Positions 28,256 through 42,688 are shown, counted from the stretch's first letter. The stretch: 64,000 nucleotides of DNA from Octopus sinensis (GCF_006345805.1 NW_021833230.1:17697-81696), one strand, 5' to 3'. Notes: a model not told the origin generated them from the letters alone. Numbers and translations are program-made.

Positions 28256-29098
28256 CATCTTGTCTACTACTATAAATACAGGGCCAGGAATTCTTTGGCG
28301 TGGGAATAGGGGGTTTGTCGATGACATCGAGCCCAACTGGTACTTGCTTTATCGCTCTTAAATACGTGGGAAGCTGGAACTTCAGACTCCAGTAACACAG
28401 CATTGTTTTATTTATTTTTCAGTTTTCGTTTTCTTTTACATTATTCTGTAGTCGTTCCTGTTGCTGTTATTGATTAGTTCAAAGTCTTCCCTGAAAGAGA
28501 AAACATCTGATTCAAGTCCATCCTAACTGTCACCATCTCCTCTACTTTAGACACCAATTTCAAGGATCTCTTTATATAATATCCTTTGAATGCGGTGAGC
28601 AGGTAGAACCGTTTCCTAGAAAGACAACATCGTCGCATTTCTTCCAGCTCTCTTTGTCCTAAGTCCAAATTCTCCAGAGGTTCTTTTCATCGTTCCGGGG
28701 TCGATAACATGTATTAGCTGAACTCTGGAGTCAACTACCCTTTCCTCTAAAAATTATTGGTGTTGTGCCCAAATTTGAAACCATCTAAATGTTCTTTTCT
28801 TTTAAAACGTAGGGTGTGCTTTGAGAGATATTTGGCTGATATTTCTAACAGCTTATGTGACCACGTAGACATAAAAGCTCTCGCGTTGGTAAAGCATAGT
28901 ACTGTAACGTGCAGTGTAGAGAACATAGTTAACGTCCGGGACAATTCGAAACAGACATTGTAGTTATAGTGGAGTGAAATTTCGCCCGTTTAAGCCAATA
29001 GTGTAGTTAGAGAAACTATTAAAATGTTACGAAATTTTGTTCCTTCTTATAGGAGTCTTTGTATTCGACGTAACAAATACAAATATTTTCACCTTTAA

Positions 29099-29770
29099 GG
29101 TGGCACGCTGGTTGGATCGTTAGAACGTCGGGAAAATTGCTTAGCGGCATTTCATCTGTTTTTACGTTCTGATTTTAAAAATACGCACTTTGTTCTTCAT
29201 CCTTTCATCCTTTTGGGGTCCATAAAATAAGTACCAACTTAACACCGGGGTCGATGTCATCGACTAACCCGTTCCCATAAAATTTCGGGCCTTGTGCTTA
29301 TAATAGGAAAGAATATTTTTCACCTTTGAGAACTGGCAGAGTGGTTAGCACAACAGGCAAAATGCCTAGCAGCATTTTGTCTGTTTCTACGTTCTGAGAT
29401 CAAACTACGCCCAAGTCGACTTTGCCTTTCATCCTTTCGGAATCAATAAAATAAGTACCATTTGAACTCTGGGGTCGATGCAATAGACCCTTCCCCCGAA
29501 ATTGCTGGCATTGTGCCGAAATTTGAAGCTAATATTTTTCACCTTTATTCAACAAATTATTCTGATGTGAATGAGAATATGGCAAGACAAAAACTCAGCA
29601 ACCATTTTATGTTGTTATTTTGTTGAAATCAGCCCATATTGGCAGGGTTATTAGAGACAGTTTGGAGACATTGTTTCATGGTAGTCGTCCCAGTTCTCTG
29701 TGCACTGAGTTCAAATCCTGCTAAATCCAACACTACTTTTCATTCTTCCGGGGTTGATAAATAAATATTG
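29099..29770 (+). mobile_element. Tandem older SINE family A copies
   Basis: Copies at ~29099-29315, 29330-29535 and 29640-29770. AATATTTTT?CACCTTT recurs at ~29082, 29312 and 29531. Confidence 0.82.
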
Positions 29771-30470
29771 GGGTAGATTCTTCTCTTTCCCTAACGCTTT
29801 CTTTCTGACTCCCTTTTTCTGGTCAGATTCGGAAAGGTATGTAGGGTCACTAAAATGCTTGCAGTTCGCTGTAGGTCACAATGGTGCCTCTACGATACCA
29901 TCAAAGATTTAAGAATCTATAGTAAGTCATGAAATGTATACGTATATTACCGAATGTGCGGTTCTGTTCTTTTAACGATGGTAGGGTGTGATTATAAGAG
30001 CAGTATATCGCTACTATTTCTAGCAGGTCAAGAAATCACATACAGGTTACCTTGCAGCCATTAAATGCATTCTGTATTTGCGTAATGTTCTTAAGCTTAA
30101 AAATGGAATTAACAGATTTGACACTGTGTTAATTAAACTGTTTGATTGAAAAAGGTGGCGAGTCACGATATTATTAGAGTTAATTTTTGGAAATGATATT
30201 TCGACAAAAACTGATGAGGAAATCGGTAATGTTTCAACATAAAACACTAATAATAACAACAACAACAACTAAAAGCTCGAAGCAAGGTAGGGAAAAAAAC
30301 AACAAACAAATAAAAACAAGTAAAAGACAGCAAATTATAACACCTAAAGGAATGCTTTCCCTTATAAATCAATTATGAAATTAATCTTTTCCATCCTTCG
30401 TACCCCGCCACCCCTTTGAAGGGATCTCTTCTCTTTCTTCTGTGTTATCCCTTCCTTTAATGGGGTCCGC

Positions 30471-30508
<38 letters not shown>

Positions 30509-30693
30509 GGGAGAAAGAAAGAGAAAAAGAGAAAAAGAGAGAGATAGGGAGAGAGAGAGGTGGAGAAAAAGAGAGTGAAAGAGAGATAGAAAGAGAAAGA
30601 GAGAGGGGAGAGAGTGTGTGTGAGATAGAGTGTGAGAGAGTGAGAGAGGGAGAGTGTGTGTGTGTGAGAGAGAGAGAAAGAGTGTGTGTATGT

Positions 30694-30724
<31 letters not shown>

Positions 30725-30819
30725 AGAGAGAGGCAAGTATGTGCGAAAGAATCATAGGATGCTGTTTGCGTGTTTGTGTTTGTTTGTTTGTGTGTGTGTG
30801 TGTTGTGTGTGTGTTGTGT

Positions 30820-30861
<42 letters not shown>

Positions 30862-32389
30862 TGCTCGCAGTGTCGTGCAGGCAGGTAGACATATTGATAC
30901 CACGGCAGCGTACACCAACCAATTTGTCATCGAATCCTCACGATTCTGCAACGATTTGTGCTCCATGTTACCATACGTTGGCACACATCAGCAGTCAAGT
31001 AAATAAAAAAAATCGCATGTTATTTCATCGAACCTGAAAGAAGGAGAGGCAAAGTCGACCTCGGTGGAATTTGTACTTTGAACTCAGAACATAAAACGCT
31101 GAGACAAATACTGCAAGACAATCATTTTAAAGACTGTGTCGAGTGTGATTTAAAGAAACTTCCCTTCTTTTACTAGCAGAGATCGAACGACCACGTAGAG
31201 GTTTCCTCATTGACTCCACAGATTATATTAGATCTTAACTGGTAACAAACCGAAAGTAAGCGTTTGCCTGCTATTGCTATCAGGTCAAGCAAACGCATAA
31301 GGTGGCTTTTCAGGTCTTCTTTCAGAAAAAAATTTCATTCGAATGTAACTCAAAGCTATTGTCCGAACTGTACAGAAAGCATGTCTCTACACGATCCCTT
31401 CAGGATGATCATGAATGAATAGAATTGCTGTTACAGTTCAAAGTCCTTTATCCGAAATTCCCAAACCCGCAAGCCTCTAAAATCCGAAAGTTTTTGAATG
31501 TATAAGTGTAACATATCTAGCGTTATTACTTATGCATTACTTGAAAAATGAAATGCAGTCTGTTATCAGTTTTCATTTTATTCACCTATAATCAGGTCCA
31601 ATGCTTTTATACCTTACACCTGACATAATCACTGTACAGCAAAAAATAAAATAAAAATGGCATATGTGTACTGTATGTTATAAAAAGAAACATGACATTG
31701 TTGGTGGAGATTGATAACTGCTCCAGTAATCGAACCCACACCCTTATTATCCTGAGCCCATTACTCTAACCACTAGTTCAAGGGTTCTTATATTTTGATT
31801 CTTTAAGCATAGATGATGTCATCGGGAGTTTTCTTCATTCAATACAGTAATTTTTATACATACTCATAGACATCCTTCTACATCAATGTAGATAACCTCT
31901 AGTCACTAATATGTAATTATGTAATAGTTACAAAAACTCTATGCTTCATTGAAAAGGTCTCATAAGACGGAAACATATCCAGAGTTGTCGCATGTAGATG
32001 CCAAGATCATATTAATATTAACCATTAAGATAAAGCTTTCGTTGCATAAGCTGTATACATATTTTGCGTGTCCGGTAACTCACTAAATTAGCTGTTATTT
32101 TGTGCATGGATGATGTTCTCGGCTAACTTACCTTTCTCATAACCAGTTTCTCATTTGTTAGGATTTGTTTTATTTTATAGTTTCAAAAATGCAAATAAGA
32201 TAAACTTGACAAAATTGACAGAAGGGTACCCCCCCCCCAAAAAAAAAGTATTACATATATTGCCGTTTTCTTTATACTTCCCATTCACAGACATAACACG
32301 CAAACATACGTGCACATACAAATAGAAACCTGCATTAGAAAGCCGCACATACACAAACTAACACTCTCTTGCTCTGTTTCTCCACCTGT

Positions 32390-32420
<31 letters not shown>

Positions 32421-32563
32421 GCATTCACAAGCATACTTTTATAAATCGTTCAGTATAAATAGTTATATATTACGCAAAATGTTCATATACATTCATTTTA
32501 TGAAAGCGTTGCACATACTACCCACTGATATATATATATATATAATATATATATATATATAAT

Positions 32564-32594
<31 letters not shown>

Positions 32595-32684
32595 GTGTGT
32601 GTGTATGTATGGGTGTGTGTGTCTGTGTGCTTATGTGTGTGCCTGTCTGTATACATATACATATATAAATGCGTATACACACAC

Positions 32685-32724
<40 letters not shown>

Positions 32725-33604
32725 CTATAGATATGTAATTATATATATATATATGTGTGTGTGTGTGTTGTGTGTATACACGCGCACACATCTGCGTATA
32801 AAGATATGTGTGTATCACAACAATTTGCAACAAAGAAGAAAAAAAGATACGAACAAAATATTAAAAAAAACAACCCAAAAAACACAGACATGTAGACTCA
32901 CACAAAAAATATAAAGCAATAAATAATAATAAATAAAAACAAAAATAACGAATATAACACCCATACACACACAGACATACCCACACGGAAACACACACAC
33001 ACACGGGCAGGAATATATTTGTGTATACACACGCATATATTTATATATAAACTTTAAGTGTCGAACACCATTTAAACTAATTGTTATATGGTTGAGCAGT
33101 TAGTGAGAGTGATAGGCTACAAGCATCAGCGGGCTTCAAAATGAAATTTATAGATTGTCTCTGTAGATAAAGTTAGTAACGTTTGAAAGTTAAATGTTAA
33201 ATGTTTAAAAGTAAAATAGAGTGGAAAATAAAAATTAATAACAGAACTAAAGTAAACAAATACGAAAGAATGTAGTTCTGCCCTTGTTGTTGTTGTTGTT
33301 TTTGTTGTTGTTGTTGTAGCTGTGGTGGTGGTTGCTGTTGTTGTTGATCTTGCTCTCTCTCAAATTTCCACTCCTGCTTTTATAACACGCACACATGCAC
33401 ACACACTCACATACATACATACATACATACATACATACATACATACATACATACATACATACATACATACATACATAGAAGCATACATACGTGAATATAT
33501 ATATATATTATATATATATATATATATATGCATTAAATATGTATATATATATATATAATACACACACACATATATATACAGATATATATATATATATGTA
33601 TATA

Positions 33605-33656
<52 letters not shown>

Positions 33657-33789
33657 ATATATATATATATACATACATACATACATACAAACATAGATGC
33701 ATACATACGTGAATACATGTATATATATATATATATATATATGCATAACATATATATACATATATATAATACACACACACCACAAGCAC

Positions 33790-33834
<45 letters not shown>

Positions 33835-33844
33835 TCTATACATA

Positions 33845-33888
<44 letters not shown>

Positions 33889-34089
33889 AGGCACACACGC
33901 ATAAACATACATGTATACATAGGTGCATATACACACACATATATATATATACATATATATATATACCCACATATATAAAACAAGAATGTAAATTTGTGTA
34001 TATCTACATCTATAGATACATGGATACATATGTTTTGTATGTATGCATCTCTCTCTCACTGTATGTTTCTGTGTTTGTGTGTATGAGTG

Positions 34090-34145
<56 letters not shown>

Positions 34146-34415
34146 GTGTGTGTGTATGCGTATGTATGTATACAAGCATATAAGTATGTATGTATGTTAT
34201 GTATGTATGCATGTATGTATGTGTATATATATATATACCCTAACACACAAACACACACACTCATATGCGTATATATGCATATACATATACATACATATCT
34301 TTATGCATACATACATATATACATACATTTTTAGGTATGTACAAATATATATATGTATATGCATATATCTATATATCTATATATATGTATACACACAAAT
34401 ATATATACATTATAT

Positions 34416-34456
<41 letters not shown>

Positions 34457-34836
34457 CCAGTGTATATTGATATCCATATTCCTCAATGTGTAGGCTTAGT
34501 CTTTGATGTTGTTGTCTCCTTTATGGGTCTGTTAGTGTTGTTATATTGTTATTTATTATTTTTCAATTCAGCTTTCTTACCCAGACATCCTTTGTTGCTA
34601 CTGTTATAGGGTTACACACACATACACACACACACACACACATACACACACTGACTTACACGTATATACATATATGTATTCATCCATACACATATACCTA
34701 TACACATACATGCATATATATATATGTTTATATATATATATGTACACACATATATATACATATATATATGTATAGGTGTGTGTGCATATATCTGTAGTAG
34801 AAGGTTATACATACATACATACATACATACATACGT

Positions 34837-34875
<39 letters not shown>

Positions 34876-35524
34876 CACACACACACATATATATATAAGT
34901 GTATACACACACGCATATATATGCATATGTGTATACAAATATTAATTACGTAAAGCAGTGTGTTGCACCTGGTTTCTTTGAATTAAAATTGTTCACTCGG
35001 AAATTTCTCGAAAGCTTATTTTTATTGATTTTTTTTTTACGTATCCATTTTATTATTCAGTATGTTTACTGTTGTTGTTGTTGTTGTTGTTGTTGTTGCT
35101 GCTGTATTTATTCTTGCTGTCTGTGTTGAGCCACTCTGCGCTTTACTTTTTTTTGTGTGTGTCAGATACATCTAGGATTACATTTCTTTGTGTGCCATGC
35201 CCTTACTTTTTTTTCTTTTTTTTATAAAAGACCTCTTGGTAGGATATGATGGTGACTTGGGTTGCCATTTTTTCGTTTTGTTGTTTGTGTGACCTTCTAG
35301 AAGATTCTTCATTGAATATAATCTCAACATATCTTTGTTGGCTTTTGTTGCTTAATTCCTTTCGAACGATGATCGAGCAACGACTCATCTTGAAATACGT
35401 TCCAACGTACACATCCTGAAAGTCTTAGATCAGTTGTTCTCAACTAGGGTTCACATGACCTTTGGGGGTCCATATAAGATTTTGTTGTTAAAAAGTGTTT
35501 ACATCTGTTATACATCTACAATTC

Positions 35525-35953
35525 TTTTAGTCTATCATTTGTGTCAGTTCTTTGACCGTGCCCATGCCGGAGCACTGCCTTTAGTCGAGCAAATCGACTG
35601 CAGGACATATTCTTTGTAAGCCTAGTACTTATTCTATCGGTCTCTCTTGCCGAACCGCTAAGTGATGGGGACGTAAACACACCAGCATCGATTGTCAAAT
35701 GAAGTTTTTTTGGGGGTGGGGGGACAAACACAGACACACAAACATATACATACACACACACGAACGCACACACTCATATATATATATATACGACGGGCTT
35801 CTTTCAGTTTCCGTCTACCAAATCCACTCACAAGGCTTTGGTCGGTCCGAGGCTATAGTAGATGACACTTGCCCAAGGTGCCATGCAGTGGGACTGAACC
35901 CGGAACCATGTGGTTGGTAAGCAAGCTACTTACCACACAGCCACTACTGCACC
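35525..35953 (-). mobile_element. tRNA-derived SINE family B with internal (TA)/(TG) microsatellite
   Basis: Head TGGCTGTGTGGTAAG..GGGTTCAGTCCC. Colinear with the + copy at 43459-43900. Confidence 0.92.
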
Positions 35954-35968
35954 TATAAAAGTGTGAGA

Positions 35969-36086
35969 CGCTTACAGCCCCTAGGTTTCCCTAGTGGTCA
36001 CCCATCTAAGTTCTCACTAGGCTCGACGTTGCTTAACTTCGGTGATCGGACGAGAACCGGTGCTTTCAACGTGATATAGCCGTAAC
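35969..36086 (-). rRNA. Solitary 5S rRNA copy, full length, probably a pseudogene or variant
   Basis: Minus strand reads GTTACGGCTATATCACGTTGAAAGCACCGGTTCTCGTCCGATCACCGAAGTTAAGCAACGTCGAGCCTAGTGAGAACTTAGATGGGTGACCACTAGGGAAACCTAGGGGCTGTAAGC, which is invertebrate-type 5S. A TTTT follows about 10 nt downstream. Confidence 0.93.
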
Positions 36087-36661
36087 AATTTTTTTATGCA
36101 ATTCCTAATAATATTTAGTTATAAAAATACAATGGAATTTAAAAATGTCGAATAGGTAGGGGTTGTCCTGTAGAATGAAATAGGAATGAAAGGGCTTCAC
36201 AGGCCAAAAATGGTTGAGAGGAATCTAAGAACACATTATCCAGTGTCCTTTTTGTGCAAGACGGTGGTATATGATGCGAGTGAGATTTCGTTGCTATTAA
36301 TAGCAAAAGAACAAGATAGATGCTCTTTCGTTGTTCAGTATTTCTGCAGGTTTACAAGGCCTCTGTAACAGAGAAGAATGTTATACTTCGCTTGGAGCAG
36401 TGTGAAACGGACAGAAAGGAGGAGAGCTTTTAACAAAACAAAACGCAAGGTTGAAAAACATTTATATATTTCAGGCACAAAGACTTTGAAATATATGAAA
36501 TTTATGTAGATCCTGCCATTTGGATTGTCGAACGAGCAATGACCTCTGTTTTTCCAATGTGTGATAGCGGGAGCAGTTACTCCAAAATGGTGATGTTGGT
36601 GGCCGTAGAGGTCATAGTAAGGGCAGTGGTAGATGGTTAACTGTATGCTGGAAGCAGCGGA

Positions 36662-36897
36662 GGTGGTGAGCTGGCAGAAACGTTAGCACGCCGGGCGAAA
36701 TGCTCAGCAGTATTTCGTCTGCCGCTACGTTCTGAGTTCAAATTCCGCCCAGGTCGACTTTGCCTTTCATCCTTTCGGGGTCGATTAAATAAGTACCAGT
36801 TACGCACTGGGGTCGATATAATCGACTAAATCCGTTTGTCTGTCCTTATTTGTCCCTTCTGTGTTTAGCCCCTTGAGGGTAGTAAAGAAATAGGTAT
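36662..36897 (+). mobile_element. SINE family A monomer
   Basis: Full head through AAGAAATAGGTAT. Confidence 0.93.
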
Positions 36898-37094
36898 ATG
36901 CCATGGTAGTAGTCGGTGATGGCATCAGTAGTACATATTCTGGTAGCAGTCAGTTATAAGGTGTTGGTAGGCGACAGCAACAATCATTGTTGTAGCTGGC
37001 AACGGCAGCAATCAACGCTGTTGAACTGGCAGCATGCAACGATTATTTTACAAAATCTCGTGGCTTCTCTCCAGAATACTGAGACTCTTATGTT

Positions 37095-37923
37095 TTTCCC
37101 GGGATATGTCAGCAGACCGGACGAGCTCATCAAGCAACTACGCCGACTCAGACCCAGCAGGTACATTTTAAGCTTAGAAACAGTCTAACTATTCTCCCCG
37201 CTGCACGTTCTTCTCGCTGTCGACCTAATGGTGAAACGCACCCTTTCATCAGACTTACACTGTTTTGGACTCACCCTCTTCGATACCTATTTCTTTATTA
37301 TCTACAAGGGGCTAAACACAGAGGGGACAAACAAGGACAGACATAGGTATTAAGTCGATTACATCGACCCCAGTGCGTAACTGGTACTTAATTTATCGAC
37401 CCCGAAAGGATGAAAGGCAAAGTCGACCTCGGCGGAATTTGAACTCACAACGTAACGGCAGCCGAAATACCGCTAAGCATTTCGCCCGACGTGCTAACGA
37501 TTCTGCCAGCTCGACGCGACTAATGTCAAGTATAGTCGCCAACATGCATTTTGATTTCTTCGGCTATACGTGAAAAGTGTTCCGGCGTGTCTACTGGCTA
37601 TTACTTACATAGACTAGTTAGAGCATAGAGCGCTCTGCGCCTGCTGCTCATGCGTCTTCTTCACCAGGCGAGGATGACATTCTCACGCTAACTCATGAGG
37701 ATGCCACAGCCACACTGGAGACTTTTAATAACCTGGACCAGCGCATTGAGTACATTATTGAAGGTTCTGATGATAGATTCCTGTCTCTACTCGAATTTTG
37801 ATTAAGTATTACGGAAGCAGGGGTGGAAATCGACACGGTGTTCTACCGAAAAGCAGTCCAGCGTAGTCTCTTCGTTCACTACAAATCGACCCTCTCAATG
37901 AATGTTAAGACCGGCTGCATATG
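37095..37923 (+). mobile_element. Penelope-like reverse transcriptase fossil, split by a SINE
   Basis: FPGYVSRPDELIKQL..ILSLETV*LFSPL..FGLTLFD [SINE] LMSSIVANMHFDFFGYT..LLAITYID*LEHRAL..FFTR.DDILTL..LETFNNLDQRIEYIIE..LSLLEF..TVFYRK..LFVHYKSTLSMNVKTG. This follows the PLE RT motif order SLDV.SLF / YF.F.G / LANIYM..LE / RYVDDI / FN..I.FT.E / FLD / YRK..HY.S. Confidence 0.88.
37283..37513 (-). mobile_element. SINE family A monomer inserted in the PLE RT fossil
   Basis: Reverse-complement copy. The RT homology resumes on both sides. Confidence 0.93.
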
Positions 37924-38227
37924 ATTTTAATATGTTAGGTTGTTGATTGGTGTGTGTATGCATATACGTTTATGTGTTTGTTGAAGTGTTCATGTTTATA
38001 TGTATGTAGTTATTTAGTTTTATTTCAAGATTTCAATTAAATAGAGAAAGAGCCGATTTCTAACCTAGATCCAAGGCTCCTTCATTGGAATTTCAACAAC
38101 ACCAACACGGTATGTTTGTATGTATGTATATATGAAGGTAGGTGTGTTTGTATGTATGCATGCATATAGTATGTACGTATGTACGTGTGTATGTACGTTC
38201 GTACGTATGTACGTATGTATGTATATA

Positions 38228-38457
38228 GGCGGCGAGCTGGCAGAAACGTTAGCACGCCGGGCGAAATGCGTTGCCGTATTTCGTTTGCCGTTACGTTCCG
38301 AGTTCAAATTCCGCCGAGGTCGACTTTGCTTTTCATCCTTCCGGGGTCGATAAATTAAGTACCAGTTACGTACTGGGGTCGATGTAATCGACTTAATCCG
38401 TTTGTCTGTCCTTGTTTGTCTCCTCTGTGTTTAGCCCCTTGTGGGTAGTAAAGAAAT
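38228..38457 (+). mobile_element. SINE family A monomer
   Basis: GGCGGCGAGCTGGCAGAAACGTTAGC..GTGGGTAGTAAAGAAAT inside a TATG-rich tract. Confidence 0.93.
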
Positions 38458-39361
38458 ATATATGTACATACATATATATAGATGAGTATGTATCTATATA
38501 TGTATGTTTGTATGTATGATTATTTAAATATGTATGTATATACTCTTTTAATTGTTTATATTATAGTTATACTATTTAGCTCTCTTTAGTTTTGAGCTGC
38601 AGGCCCAATTAGCCCTCCACGGAGTGGGACTTTTAAGCTGCTCATTATTATATACATATTAGTACTCACAGCTTTTGTAAGTTTGACATTATAAGCTCAT
38701 TTATCTTAATGGTCAAGCTTAATTGCGGATTCCTTGTTTTATTCTTTATCTATACTCTTGCCGCCACGTCGTCAGAATCCCAACTCTATTGCTTTGTATT
38801 GATGGCTTTCACTTCCTTGTTCTCCCCGTTTCCCTCCTCCGATGCCTATATTGTTTCTTTAAAACAACTGATATCCTTTTCTTCTCTAAGTAGTTTGCTG
38901 ATAATTTATTCTATTGGTCACTTTACAAAACTTCGTTTCCACAGACAATTCTACTGTGGTCGAAGGCAGAAACTTCTTCACTTTTCTCCTTGCGACAACT
39001 TGTAAACCACTCGAGGAAAAGTCATGATGATTATATATGTTAGACTTTTAAGTTACGTAACACATGTTTAGGGTTGCTTGGAAACATATGTAGTAAGGAG
39101 TTATCTATTTCATCCCCCCCACACACATACACATATACGCACAGTGAGGTACGTTAACAAACCAAAAAAAGTTGCACTTAATCATGATGAAGAGTTATAA
39201 ATATCTATTAACAATTGGACAGAAGCACCTCATAGGTGCCGGTATACATCTACATTTTAAATGGTTCGGATTCTGACAATGCATACCTGAAAATTTAGAC
39301 ATATATTTGCACCTACAAATCTTTAAAACTGTGAGTAATGTGCTAGATATGAGTCAACATG

Positions 39362-39407
<46 letters not shown>

Positions 39408-40294
39408 ATATATGTTTATGTATGTATAAAAATTGACAACCTTTGCCGGCATACTCTATTGGTTGCATTCTTATATATATTTCGGTATCACTTATATCTA
39501 TTGCCTCACATCTTTTTTTTTTCAAATATTTAAAGTCTACTACATTCCATCCTGTATTTAAACCCTTTAAACGTTGGAATTCCCTACTTAGATAAATTAA
39601 TCCTGACATCCTCTTTATTGCTCCCGCCAATATATACCTGCCATGTATTAAATTGTGATTCCTCTCATACCTGTATTTATTAAGATATAATCCTCCTGCT
39701 TATATATTTACGTATACATTTACCAGCACATATATTTATGTATTTATGGATTTTAGCATTCCTATAAATTGTATACATATATGTATGAACGTATGTGCAT
39801 TTGCATATATACATATATAAATATACATACGTACATACATATATGTATATGTATATGGTATTATTTATATTTTTGACAATATTTAATATTTTTATTTAAG
39901 TGCCTACATCTATTCTGTATTTAAACTTTATTCATCATATGTTTTACACATCTTCAAATATTCACACATAGATGTAGTGGGTTTCTCAAAATCTACACAG
40001 CAATATGATTTTTACACACACACACACATATATATATATACGCACAATTTTTCCTACTTGTCACCCAAACAATTATGATTATCATCTAAACAATTAACTT
40101 ACCTTAGTTATATCCCATCTCGTAACTGCTCTCCGGAAGTTCATATATACTTTAATTCTGCCATTACTTTATAATCTTGAATGCATATATATCCATATGT
40201 GGGTGTGTGTATATGCGCGTGTATGTGTGTATATATACACATACGTACATGTACATATATATATATGATGTATATTTATATACATGTATGTATG

Positions 40295-40394
<100 letters not shown>

Positions 40395-42466
40395 CATACA
40401 TACATATATATCGCAATATTCCTTTATTTTAATTTTTAATATCATTAAGTTTAATGATTCCTTTTACATGGCCATTTACCTTAATTTTTTTATTCCAACA
40501 AAAGCAAATATAAAATAAAATGAAAAGAAAATGGTAAGCTACACTAATTTATTTTAATAATATTCTTTTAACATTTAATGATTTCTCTCTCTCTCTCTCT
40601 CTCTCTCACCCTCTCCCTCTCCCATTTTAACTTGACGAATATCATTATTTGTTCGTGTATATTAAGTCGTTAATTTTGTTCCCTAACAAGCGTAAATTAA
40701 AAAAGGAAAAAAATAATAAGACAGAAAATTAAAATACTTAATATTCTTTTGGCTTTTAAAGTTTTCCACCCCATTTCGTATAATTTAATATTATTATATT
40801 AATAATATTATTCTGATCTATAGATTTTTCTCTCCATCGCCTATAATTTTCATTACTTCGCGTAAATTTTAATATCTCCTAGCTTAACGAATGCATTTAT
40901 GGCTCTGCACCCTAATTTGGCCGTTTCTCAAACCATACCAAAGTACATTAATTTAATGATATTCTTCCGACGCCTTAGTTTTTCTTGTTCCTTTTTTTCC
41001 CCCCTTTTTACTTTTAGATCAATTTATCTTTATTCTAATTTGTTTTCTTTTCACCTCAGCTACGGTAGGCTAAACAAATATAGTAATATTCTTACGACAC
41101 CTAAATACAGTCCCTTTCCCATTTCGAGTAATTAACAAGTTTTCATTACTTGATCAAAATTTTATAATCTATTAACTTTACTTAAGCCATTTACTCTCAC
41201 GCACATTAAAACTTATCTTTAGTTTCATCAGAACACAAAGATCTCGAAACTTACTCTCACGCTTGTAATCTTATCGATATAAACGGTTGAAACATTAATA
41301 TAGGTAACTGCGCTCACATATAAACCAATACTATTCATGTTTTTTTATTTATTTATTTAATCAAATCCGCAATCAATCGATTTGACTTTGGTCATTATCT
41401 TTAAAGTAAGTTTCAGAGTCTATGTTCGAATATGAGAATGGGACGACCGGGCTCAAGCGTTTGGACGCCTGATGGTTTCGTACGGTTGATTGGACATTGA
41501 ACTTGATTTGTCGACAGTACGTTTTGATAAAGGAGGCAAACGTGTACATACATATTCGCATGCACACACGTATACGCAAGTGCACACATACACATACACA
41601 CACACACATAACACACACACACACACACATACGTGCACACGCCTGCACGTACACACTTATGAACGCGTACGTAGAAGAAATATACTCGTACACGAATGTG
41701 TGAACGAGAGACTGAAAGAGAGAGGGAGAGAGGGGGGAAAAGAGGGATGGGAGAGGGGAGAGGGAGAAAGGGAGAAGGTCAGATGAGGAGAGAGATAGAG
41801 AGAGGGGGAGGAAGAGAGATATTACACATGCATACAAGCACAACGAGATGCTTATAAACATAAACAAAAAGAAAGAACTAGAGAGAGAAAGAGAGAGAGA
41901 GAGAGTGTGTGGGGGAGAGAAAGAAAGAGAGAACAAGAGGAACATTAAGATGTCTGATGTCAAATAAGTCAACGTCGAATCAGCAGCACCGAATGGGCAT
42001 ACCAAAAATGCTATACCAAAATGTCCCATACACTCTGAATATATATAAAGCAATCTTGAAATATCTAGAGTCAATCTCCTGAAGGATCAGAGTATTGCTG
42101 AAATCAAGTTGCTTGAAAAAGAATTCTGAATGAAAAAAAGAATGCGACTCTACAATATGTATTGAGTACTCTTTTCTTATTTCGTTTGCAAAGTATCACG
42201 TTTGAATGTCAGATTTAACCTTGATTCTGCATGTATGCACAGGTTTGGGCAATTCAGTTTTGAAGAGTACAGACTAGTGCCTATGCATGTAAGACTAATT
42301 TCTGCACGTCACTTACGTTTATCGAAGCGAACCGGTTTCAATTTGAACCGATAGAGCTTCATGCTTGATAGAATACTTTATATGTACCGGCTCTCTGCAC
42401 TCTGAGTTCAAATTCAGCCTAAATTGATTCGGTTTGAGGATTATGTTAAATATGCATATATCTCTA

Positions 42467-42688
42467 GAATATTCAGTCATTTAGATGCTGAGTTAAATAA
42501 CTGAATCTTCAATGTCGAAACCAGGAGAGAATTCGCCATACTTGGTTTCTCTGCTGCTTTTCTGTGCGACTTTGTCTGTGGAATATCCAGCCATTTAGGT
42601 GCTGTGTTCAGAATGTTCCATGTCGATACTGAAAGAGAATCAGCCATACTTGATGGTATCTCAACTGTTCTTCAGTGAGACTATCGTC
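42467..42688. repeat. Diverged ~113-bp tandem duplication
   Basis: GAATAT.CAG.CATTTAG.TGCTG.GTT..ATGTCGA.AC..AGAGAAT..GCCATACTTG occurs twice. Confidence 0.75.

Larger units (their letters stand above)
35431..36227. mobile_element. hAT-like MITE interrupted by a SINE and a 5S copy
   Basis: The left end CAGTTGTTCTCAAC and degenerate right end GGTTGAGAGGAATC resemble CAGTGGTTCTCAAC..GTTGAGAACCACTG termini. Confidence 0.5.

Noticed and set aside
31718-31785. tRNA-like fragments here and at 55792-55835 (minus strand)
   Set aside because: Only A/B-box or T-arm remnants are present, so they are most likely SINE heads rather than tRNA genes.
31936-31986. Degenerate hammerhead TTGAAAA-G-GTCT-CATA-AGAC-G-GAAACATATC
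   Set aside because: It is possibly a decayed PLE motif, but proximal stem I and the base of stem II do not pair. Too weak to call.
41953-41980. CTGATGTC..GTCGAA(A/T)C in the direct repeats as a hammerhead
   Set aside because: A9 is missing, and stems I-III cannot be formed.
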